Source of the DNA: Acutalibacteraceae bacterium
GTDB taxonomy: Bacteria > Bacillota > Clostridia > Oscillospirales > Acutalibacteraceae
Assembly: GCA_045642125.1 (NCBI GenBank)
Contig: JAZUIE010000012.1
Coordinates: forward strand, 5,151 to 69,150
Length of the DNA: 64,000 bases
Direction: 5' to 3'
Part shown: positions 8,420-15,532 of the stretch, one piece after another
Position numbering within the stretch: the first letter of the stretch is position 1
How the letters are laid out: the number at the start of each line of letters is the position of its first letter
Notes under the pieces: model-generated
Told to the model about the DNA's origin: nothing
The model's input: only the letters and a program-made list of their open reading frames with translations
Databases searched by the model: none
Made by a program: the position numbers and the translations under genes

Positions 8420-8495
8420 CGAGGTGTAGCGCAGTTGGTAGCGCGCCAGTTTTGGGAACTGGATGCCGCAGGTTCGAGCCCTGTCACCTCGACCA
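8420..8495 (+). tRNA. tRNA-Pro (anticodon UGG)
   Basis: Cloverleaf read by eye: acceptor CGAGGTG/CACCTCG, D arm GCGC-AGTTGGTA-GCGC, anticodon arm CCAGT-TTTGGGA-ACTGG, T arm GCAGG-TTCGAGC-CCTGT, encoded CCA. Confidence 0.93.
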
Positions 8496-8502
8496 AAACA
8501 AA

Positions 8503-8532
8503 AAACCTATCACGAAAGTGATAGGTTTTGTT
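8503..8532. terminator. Bidirectional rho-independent terminator (tRNA-Pro and the convergent DUF4956 operon)
   Basis: Stem ACCTATCAC/GTGATAGGT with a GAAA loop, an A-run upstream and a T-run downstream. Confidence 0.7.
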
Positions 8533-8563
8533 ATTAAAACTCAAATTTCAAAAGGATAATTTA

Positions 8564-9241
8564 TCAGAATGTAACTTCACCGTCATGGGCAAGAAGAGAA
8601 GCGGTTTTAACGCACGGAAGAGAAGACACTTCTTTTATAAGCTCGGCGCCGTCTTTCGTTCTTACTTCAACGGTAAGATTAAGAGAAGATGCGGTTAAAT
8701 TTCTCGACTTAACGGTGTTATGGGGAGAATACTTTGTTACGGCTTCCATTATACTTTTTTCTGCATCTGTATCGTCTGCGTTTACAATTAAAATAAGCGG
8801 TGCTTTTGCTATGGGGAGTCTGTTAAGAACAAATATTGCAACCGTCATGGCAAGAGCCAAAATAACGGAAAATTCCGCAAAACCGGCACCGCAGATAATA
8901 CCCGTACTTATTGCCCAAAACAAGAACATAAGGTCAATGGGGTCCTTTATGGCGGTTCTGAAGCGGACAATGGAAAGTGCGCCGACCATACCGAGAGAAA
9001 CAACAACGCTTGACTGAATGGTGATAATTATTGCCGATGTAATAAGCGCCACGCCGACAAGAGAGATGTTGAAATTCTTTGAGTAAAAGGTCTTTCTTGT
9101 AATAAGACGGTACACAAAGAAAATATAAAGTGCGATAAGCGCCGTCACGGCAAGAGCGACAATAACGGAAGATGTTGTTATACGGTCACTCGCATAGCCT
9201 TCCAAAAACGATTTTTTGAAGATGTCTTTAAGTGTTAACAT
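8564..9241 (-). CDS. DUF4956-domain membrane protein
   Basis: 225-aa multi-pass membrane ORF with SIVRFRTAIKDPIDLMFLFWAI, a pattern I associate with DUF4956. It sits in the usual CotH-VTC-DUF4956 arrangement. Confidence 0.75.
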   Translation of the reverse strand: MLTLKDIFKKSFLEGYASDRITTSSVIVALAVTALIALYIFFVYRLITRKTFYSKNFNISLVGVALITSAIIITIQSSVVVSLGMVGALSIVRFRTAIKDPIDLMFLFWAISTGIICGAGFAEFSVILALAMTVAIFVLNRLPIAKAPLILIVNADDTDAEKSIMEAVTKYSPHNTVKSRNLTASSLNLTVEVRTKDGAELIKEVSSLPCVKTASLLAHDGEVTF

Positions 9242-9252
9242 AATTTTCTCCT

Positions 9253-9945
9253 TTATTTTAAGTTAAATTTTCTGCACAAATAGTATTTTGAGTAAGCCGT
9301 TTGCCTTAGGTTGTCGAGCGAAAGCAAATTATAGATAAAATCGGGAATAAACTCGTCATATTTTACTTCAAGCAAACTAAGACCGTTTGGCATTATGGGA
9401 CGAAGCGGGTATCCGCCGTCCAAAAAAGACTGTGTAAAGTCGGAAGAAGCCATATTTGTATCAAAGGTTATCCGGACATTACCGTCTTTATAAACATAAG
9501 GAAAGCGCTCATATTCTACAATTATGACGGGGTGGAGAAGATGCGTTTCCTTTTCGAGTAAAAACTTGTTAAGAAGCGCCGGATTTTCTTGCCTTTTTTC
9601 GGGAGTTATACCCGCCATTATAAGACGGGTTTCTTCTTCGGTCAGCATTGTAGATTTTTTTAGTGTTTTTCCCCGTTCTTTTCTCTTAAGCTCTAAAGAA
9701 ATGCGCTCTTTTGAATGGTTATAAATGCGAATTCTGAACTTTTCTCTCGGGTCGGTGCCGTTTTCGTTTTCGTAGTAGCAACGGTTATAGTAGTCGTCAA
9801 AATAAAGGCTTGTTATAGTGTATTTACCGTTAGGTCCGACATGGGAATCGAGCGGAACGGCGCCGGATATTCTGTTTTGTAAAACAGCCATTTGAGCAGA
9901 AGTAATGGGATACTTTAGCTCGTGTCTAAAATTAGGCCCGTCCAT
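9253..9945 (-). CDS. VTC (polyphosphate-polymerase-like) domain protein
   Basis: 230-aa ORF with N-terminal FRHELKY and the size and order typical of bacterial VTC-domain proteins next to DUF4956. Confidence 0.7.
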   Translation of the reverse strand: MDGPNFRHELKYPITSAQMAVLQNRISGAVPLDSHVGPNGKYTITSLYFDDYYNRCYYENENGTDPREKFRIRIYNHSKERISLELKRKERGKTLKKSTMLTEEETRLIMAGITPEKRQENPALLNKFLLEKETHLLHPVIIVEYERFPYVYKDGNVRITFDTNMASSDFTQSFLDGGYPLRPIMPNGLSLLEVKYDEFIPDFIYNLLSLDNLRQTAYSKYYLCRKFNLK

Positions 9946-11803
9946 TTTTCTCTCCTTTTTTACGGTTTTTTATTTCAAAGATTATAAAAACGGCAAAAAT
10001 TACGGCAAAGACAAAAAGTAAAAACAGCTCTAACTTAATATCGCTTATTAAAGCCGTTATACCGCCGTTTGAGGACGAAGCAACATCGGCATATAAGGAG
10101 ATGTTTTCGTACGGTCTGAAGACAGAAAAATCTACAATTTCGTCAGTTTTAAGATTTCTCCAAACAACATTGCCGTTAATGTGAATTTTATCAGTGTCCA
10201 AAACGGGCTCACCGCTTTTAACGGTTACAGATTTAATGGAACTAAACTTGTCGTTTTCGTAAAAAGAAACGGAAACATAATCTTCGCCCGAAAGCCAAAC
10301 CTTATTGAGAAAAGCGGTCTTTTTGTCTAAAAAGTCCGTAAGACTTTCGGTTTGCTCCTCAAAACTCAAGCGGTTTTCGTAAACGCCGTCAAACAAAGTG
10401 TTCCAGCGAAGACTGTTTAATTTTGATGCGGTTTTTATTTCGTTTTCGTATTTCGGAAGCTCTTTTTGCGTTAATTCGTTAATAAGGGGCAAAAATTCCG
10501 TTTTATAAATTTCTATAACCTTTTCTTTGAACTCTTTACATTCATAAAGCGCCTTAACAAAGGAGTTTGAAGAAGTACAGGTGCTGTAAATTTGCTCGGG
10601 GTCACGAGATCTTAAGGCGCTCATATACGCCGTATTTCCCATAGATAGGTCGTAGTCCCAAACGGGACCTGCGTAAAACAAATTTTTCTTACTGTCATAC
10701 CTATAAAACGAACTTGCGGCATCTGTGTCGGTGTTGCTGAAAATTTCGTCTGTTAAAAATCTTCTTGCAAAGGAATTAAGGTCAACTCTTTTAAGGTTGC
10801 CCGACAAAATTTCGGTTTCAAAGGAATTTACAGTATCCTTTATACGGTCTTTTTCTTTGTCTGTAAACTTTTTAGGATAATCGATTGTAAAATAGCGGTT
10901 GTTGTCCGTAACTATGGTGTCTTTTTTGTTTTTTGCCCTTGCTTCGAGAGCCGTTTCAAACAAAAAATCAGACTTTTCGTTATTTAAGGAAACTCTGTTT
11001 TCTGCCACTTCAACACGCTCTGTTAACAAGTAAAGTCCAAAGTATTCGCCGTCTAAATAAAGGTCGGCAAAACGGCAGTCGGGCGACCAGCCGAGCCCTG
11101 CTTTTTTAGCAAAGCCGAGCACCGTTTTGTTTCTTAGGTTTGTTTCGTCAAAGCCGTTTGCCAAAAGAGTTAAAGAAGCGCCCTTTTTCATACCGAGAAC
11201 GCTCGTGTTTTCAAAAAAGTATAGATTAAACGGCTTTTTTTCGAGTCCCCAAGTCGAGTTTCCCCGACCTTTGATTTTATCTGCGCCGTTGCCTTTATAA
11301 TCGAGTTTGCCGTTTTCGTCAAAAATATTGAGCATAACGGACTCTTTTTTGTTTTTATCTTCAAAAACATTTTTAAGACTGCCTTTAGGCGACTTAACAA
11401 AAACGGTTGCAACATTCGAAGATTTAACGAAAACAGCAGTTTCTTTTTTTGAAGAAAAAACGCTTTTTTCTATTACCTGATAGTCCGTATCAAGAGCAAA
11501 ATCAGAGAGTTTTAACGGCCTTTTAAGAGATTTTCCGTTAAATGTTACCCCGTCAGACGAAGAAATAAGTGAAAGCTTCGAAAACTCTGAAAATGACGGC
11601 AAGTAAAAATACCATTTTTGGTCGTTTGATTTTACGGCGGTAATTTTTTGTTCGCCGTTTTCACCTTTAAGTAAAACTGTTATCGGAAGAGATTTTTCGC
11701 CCGATAGTTCTGTCTTTATGCCTATAAAGGCAAGACCCGACAAAAGAAGCAAAAGCAACGCTATACTTACCGTTCTAAACAAATATTGCTTTGTTCTGAG
11801 CAT
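9932..11803 (-). CDS. CotH-family atypical kinase, membrane-anchored at both ends
   Basis: 623-aa ORF. It has an N-terminal hydrophobic segment (VSIALLLLLLSGLAFIGI), a CotH-like core (GRGNSTWGLEKKPFNLYF ... GPVWDYDLSMG) and a C-terminal TM (LFLLFVFAVIFAVFIIF). Confidence 0.75.
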   Translation of the reverse strand: MLRTKQYLFRTVSIALLLLLLSGLAFIGIKTELSGEKSLPITVLLKGENGEQKITAVKSNDQKWYFYLPSFSEFSKLSLISSSDGVTFNGKSLKRPLKLSDFALDTDYQVIEKSVFSSKKETAVFVKSSNVATVFVKSPKGSLKNVFEDKNKKESVMLNIFDENGKLDYKGNGADKIKGRGNSTWGLEKKPFNLYFFENTSVLGMKKGASLTLLANGFDETNLRNKTVLGFAKKAGLGWSPDCRFADLYLDGEYFGLYLLTERVEVAENRVSLNNEKSDFLFETALEARAKNKKDTIVTDNNRYFTIDYPKKFTDKEKDRIKDTVNSFETEILSGNLKRVDLNSFARRFLTDEIFSNTDTDAASSFYRYDSKKNLFYAGPVWDYDLSMGNTAYMSALRSRDPEQIYSTCTSSNSFVKALYECKEFKEKVIEIYKTEFLPLINELTQKELPKYENEIKTASKLNSLRWNTLFDGVYENRLSFEEQTESLTDFLDKKTAFLNKVWLSGEDYVSVSFYENDKFSSIKSVTVKSGEPVLDTDKIHINGNVVWRNLKTDEIVDFSVFRPYENISLYADVASSSNGGITALISDIKLELFLLFVFAVIFAVFIIFEIKNRKKGEKNGRA

Positions 11804-11832
11804 AAAATCCCTCCCGTTTTTAATTTTTACAT

Positions 11833-12954
11833 TTATTTTTTTACGCTGAACATTTCTTTTACAACGCCGAAAAAGTTATGCCATTTTTCTTTGTTTGTTA
11901 AAAGCACAAAAATGCGGTAAACATAGCAAACAAAAATATTTGAGTTATGCTCTTTGAGGTACGGATAAGCCTTATAAAAGCCGTCCTTTGACATTGTAAA
12001 GCGGTAAAAAAGGTGGCGGAGTCTTAAAAAATGTTTGCCCTCTTTTTTCTGCCTTTCAAATTTATGCTTAAAGAAAAGCTCGTTTGTTCCGTGATTTCCC
12101 GCGTCTTTTATATCGTCAAGCAAATAAGAAATATCTTCTTTTGGCGTAACACCTAAGAACAAATAGTCCTTAACCGCCAAAAGCTTTACTTTTTGCTCAT
12201 AAAAGCCGTATTTTTTAAGAACAGAGTCGATATATTCGCCGTCAACCTTACCGCCTATTGCCTTTTCGAGGTAAAAAAGGTCAACTATTCTTCTGAGCCC
12301 CGAGCCCTTTTGTTCGCAGTGTTTTATGGTATGCAAAAGGTGAAAAAGGTAAAAAACCGTAAGAGAAACTTCGGCAACATACCCGTCTTTAAGAGTTGCA
12401 TAAGAAAACGGGTCGTAAAGAGCGGGACGGGTTACCGTTTCATCATCGAAAAACTCGGTATGAAGCTCTGCATAGACATTGCCTTTTTTAATTTCAAGCT
12501 CAATGCCGTTAGGCGACACCGTTTGATAGCCTAAGTTAACAAAAATACCGTTAAGCTTATTAAAATCTTCTTTCTTAACGATAAAATCTATATCCGACAT
12601 CATACGAAGATGCGGTTCGGGATAGTATTTTTTTACAACCGTTCCCTGCACTTCGAGAGAATAAATCTTATTTTCTTTAAGAGCCGTTAAAATTTCGTTT
12701 CTTGCCGATTCTTGCAAAGCGTTTCTCGAAATGCCCCTATAATATTCCTGCTCAAAACCCGACAAAATATCGCTTTCGGGCGGCTCTTTGAGTGTTTTAA
12801 CACCCAAATAGGCTATGTTCGCCACCTCGTGTGTTTTAGCGAGAGCCAAAACATCGTAAAACGAAACATTTTCGGGTATTTGGGGCGCCGTCTTGCCGTT
12901 AAGCGCCGAAGAAAGAAGCTTGGTAAGATACGAAAATGCGTCAGCTTTTTTCAT
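11833..12954 (-). CDS. Uncharacterised nucleotidyltransferase family protein (NTP_transf_5-like)
   Basis: 373-aa ORF. MSDIDFIV and the general layout resemble the nucleotidyltransferases found beside PqqD/HPr-kinase-like genes. The assignment is from memory of the family only. Confidence 0.55.
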   Translation of the reverse strand: MKKADAFSYLTKLLSSALNGKTAPQIPENVSFYDVLALAKTHEVANIAYLGVKTLKEPPESDILSGFEQEYYRGISRNALQESARNEILTALKENKIYSLEVQGTVVKKYYPEPHLRMMSDIDFIVKKEDFNKLNGIFVNLGYQTVSPNGIELEIKKGNVYAELHTEFFDDETVTRPALYDPFSYATLKDGYVAEVSLTVFYLFHLLHTIKHCEQKGSGLRRIVDLFYLEKAIGGKVDGEYIDSVLKKYGFYEQKVKLLAVKDYLFLGVTPKEDISYLLDDIKDAGNHGTNELFFKHKFERQKKEGKHFLRLRHLFYRFTMSKDGFYKAYPYLKEHNSNIFVCYVYRIFVLLTNKEKWHNFFGVVKEMFSVKK

Positions 12955-13273
12955 TTTCGGGTCCCTTTACAACATAAGAAAAATCGTCTTTTAAGAGCTG
13001 TTGTTCGTTAAGCGCATTCAAAAACTCTATAACCTTAGGGCCGACATCGTTTATTTCTCCGCTCTTGAATTCGGTCATACAAGCCAAAATAAGCTCGGGC
13101 AGAGTGATGCCGTCAACAAGCTTTTTGAACATAAAAACGGCGGGTTCGTTTTCGAGTTTTATAACACCGTGATACGAGTCGGCGCCGTCTTCAATACCTA
13201 CGGCGACAAAGCCGTCAGGTGCATTTGTTATGCAAAAGGGATATCTGAGCTTAAGTTTAGGATATACTTTCAT
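12941..13273 (-). CDS. PqqD-family (RiPP-recognition-element-like) protein
   Basis: 110-aa ORF. ...IKLENEPAVFMFKKLVDGITLPELILACMTEF...VIEFLNALNEQQLL matches the PqqD winged-helix pattern. It overlaps both neighbours (14 nt and 4 nt). Confidence 0.6.
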   Translation of the reverse strand: MKVYPKLKLRYPFCITNAPDGFVAVGIEDGADSYHGVIKLENEPAVFMFKKLVDGITLPELILACMTEFKSGEINDVGPKVIEFLNALNEQQLLKDDFSYVVKGPENEKS

Positions 13274-13710
13274 GTTTTTCTCCCAAAAGTTCTTAAAATT
13301 TTATCTTTTATTCGGCAGGGCAGTGCCTTAAGCATTATAAAAAACCGTCTTAAAGGTACAAAAAAGACATATTTTTTGTACTTTTTATCGGTCAAAAGAA
13401 TTTTTTTGCCGTCCTTAACGACTTCCGACAAAATGCCGATAATTTGCTCTTTTTTAACCGTTTCGGCAATATAGCGGTTATCCCCGCAGATTAGGTATTT
13501 ATTGTCGGGCAAAATTTTTATAATGCGGTGCAGTATATAGTTGCCGTTATCACGCAAAAAAAGAACGACATCGTTTTTTTGGAGTTCTCTGTCAACCTTT
13601 TTTATTACCGAAACATCGGCATCTTGTTTTATGAGCGGAAGCATGGACGTTCCCTTGCTCGTAAAAGCGACAAAGCCCGATTTTTCGATTTCAGTCTTAA
13701 AATTCGTCAT
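13270..13710 (-). CDS. S24/S26-family serine peptidase (signal-peptidase-I-like)
   Basis: 146-aa ORF with the candidate nucleophile motif GTSMLPLI and a CGDNR box. There are 4-nt overlaps at both ends. Confidence 0.55.
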   Translation of the reverse strand: MTNFKTEIEKSGFVAFTSKGTSMLPLIKQDADVSVIKKVDRELQKNDVVLFLRDNGNYILHRIIKILPDNKYLICGDNRYIAETVKKEQIIGILSEVVKDGKKILLTDKKYKKYVFFVPLRRFFIMLKALPCRIKDKILRTFGRKT

Positions 13711-14432
13711 ACCCTTAACCCGTTATAAGCGGTAAAAGCCGCTTCGTCTTCCTTGTTACAGTAAAGTGTATATAGTTTAACGGCGCCCATTATATCCGTC
13801 AAATCTTTAACGGTTTTGTTAAGCAAAGCTCCGTCAGTCGGGCGGTAACACTGTCCGAGAAGAAAAGGAAAAAGCTCTTGAAAAGAAGATTTTTCGATAC
13901 GGTTTTCTTTGCTTCTTTCAAGTCGGCAAACCGCAAAAAGCGGTACTTTTTTGTTAGTACCCGAATTTTCCTTACCCATCCAGGGGGTGCCGTAAACAAA
14001 CGGTTTGTTTTCTATCATTCTTATTATCGGCTTGTCGCCGTTTATTATAAAAGAGCCGTCTATGTTTTTAAGCCAAAGGTCTGTATGTGTTGTCTTTCCC
14101 GTACCCGATTTTGCGGTGAAAATGTAAGCCTTATTATCCTTTGCAACCGCCGAGCCGTGAAAAACAAAGGCGTCAAAGTTCGGCAAAACGGCGGCGATTT
14201 TCCGGTAAACCGCCGTGTTTTCGAGCATATAATCGGGATAGTCGGGATAGGGAATGTTTTCGTACTCGCATTCCCTTATGCTTTTTATTCTTTCGTCTTC
14301 GATGTCTTCCTTTTTTAATTCTATTTTAACATCAAAAGGAGTGTCCGTACAATAGTCTTCCGTATTTTTAAGACAGTCGAAAACGGTTGTTATTTCGAAC
14401 ACAATGTCCGCAATTTTAAGTCTTGTTTTCAT
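13707..14432 (-). CDS. HPr-kinase-related P-loop protein
   Basis: 241-aa ORF. FHGSAVAKDNKAYIFTAKSGTGKTTHT resembles the HprK C-terminal-domain P-loop seen in peptide-modification clusters. Confidence 0.6.
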   Translation of the reverse strand: MKTRLKIADIVFEITTVFDCLKNTEDYCTDTPFDVKIELKKEDIEDERIKSIRECEYENIPYPDYPDYMLENTAVYRKIAAVLPNFDAFVFHGSAVAKDNKAYIFTAKSGTGKTTHTDLWLKNIDGSFIINGDKPIIRMIENKPFVYGTPWMGKENSGTNKKVPLFAVCRLERSKENRIEKSSFQELFPFLLGQCYRPTDGALLNKTVKDLTDIMGAVKLYTLYCNKEDEAAFTAYNGLRV

Positions 14433-15486
14433 TTGATTTTTTCTCTTTAAGATACCGTCTTAAGTATGATGTTGCCATACAAAGATAGAAAGATATAACA
14501 AGCGTAATAACGCTTGTAAACTGTGAAATTTGCCAGAAATAGCCTTTACCCAAAAACGCAACGGCGGTTACTATCAAAAAACCTATGGGCTGACAAACAT
14601 AATAAATGACATTTATATCTTGCCTTTCGAGCTTTAACGATTTCTGAAGCTCGGAAACATTTTCTTTTTCGGGCAAAAAAAGCATGAAAAGCGCAATAGA
14701 AATAAAGGGGAAGCCCAAAAGGTGGGAATAATACCCCGTCATTTTGAACGCACCTAAGAAGAACACCTCAAGAACGCAAAGAATAGCCGAGCCGATTATG
14801 GCGCCCACATAAAACGAGCGGTTTAAGTTTGTGAAAAACGACATTTTTTGATGCATGATATTGCCGAGTAAAATATACGGGAGCGCTCTTGTTAAAAAGT
14901 TTCCGCCCAAATATTTATAGCCGAAAAGATTAAGACCTATAAGTGTTGAAAATTCGCCCGACAAAATGTTTAAGAGCATTAAAGCGGCAAATATCCAAAC
15001 GGAAAAGCGCAAAAGATTAAATTTATCGAGAAAATAAATTATTATGTAGGCGATAAGAAGAGCCTCGACATACCAAATTGTTGTACCTATCGGATAGGGC
15101 CAAATGTTAAGCACCAAAAATTCAAACCAAGTGCGCCAGGAAAGAAGAGATACGAAAGCGTTTTTGCCGTTTAGGGCAAAAAAGATAATATTTAAGATAA
15201 AATAACAAACGAGCAACACTAAAAAGGTTATAGCAGTTCTTTTTATTGTCCTTAATATTCTTTCGCTTCTGTTAGGCGAGTCCCTTAAAACGAGATAACC
15301 CGAAACAAGGAAAAATGTTGTCGGCACAAAGCCCAAAAGCACTTGACCGAACTTGCCGTAAACGGTCGGGAGTCCTAAAGCCTGAAAACAAAAAAGACAC
15401 ATAAGAACAAGCCGAAAACGGTCTATTGACGGACGGTAATACGAAGTCGTTACCGGTGTTTTAATGTCGTTTTTTTCGTTGTTCAT
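14416..15486 (-). CDS. Integral-membrane acyltransferase (acyltransferase-3-like)
   Basis: 356-aa ORF with about 10 hydrophobic segments. The family call rests on topology and size only. Confidence 0.5.
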   Translation of the reverse strand: MNNEKNDIKTPVTTSYYRPSIDRFRLVLMCLFCFQALGLPTVYGKFGQVLLGFVPTTFFLVSGYLVLRDSPNRSERILRTIKRTAITFLVLLVCYFILNIIFFALNGKNAFVSLLSWRTWFEFLVLNIWPYPIGTTIWYVEALLIAYIIIYFLDKFNLLRFSVWIFAALMLLNILSGEFSTLIGLNLFGYKYLGGNFLTRALPYILLGNIMHQKMSFFTNLNRSFYVGAIIGSAILCVLEVFFLGAFKMTGYYSHLLGFPFISIALFMLFLPEKENVSELQKSLKLERQDINVIYYVCQPIGFLIVTAVAFLGKGYFWQISQFTSVITLVISFYLCMATSYLRRYLKEKKSNENKT

Positions 15487-15532
15487 TGTTTTTCACCTTG
15501 TCTTTCTGAGCGAAAAAGCGATAATTTTTATA

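Noticed and set aside
8075-8429. Track ORFs 8075-8416(-), 8118-8429(+) and 8160-8390(-), and their counterparts 18056-18454(-), 18150-18383(+) and 18280-18483(-). Their translations share a conserved stretch (...CCAHLERGAPIDR...).
   Set aside because: The shared peptide is a by-product of the nucleotide-level conservation of the structured element. The ORFs overlap tRNA genes or tRNA-like sequence, lack RBSs, and the differences between copies fall in RNA loops or are compensatory in a helix rather than at synonymous positions.
8212-8495. The upstream copy as a tRNA-Pro gene interrupted by a group I or other intron in the anticodon loop.
   Set aside because: The break is at the right place, after TTTTGGG. 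However, no tRNA 3' half (ACTGG...CACCTCGACCA) follows the insert. The only 3' half belongs to a complete, separately led tRNA. At about 115 nt the domain is also far smaller than group I introns.
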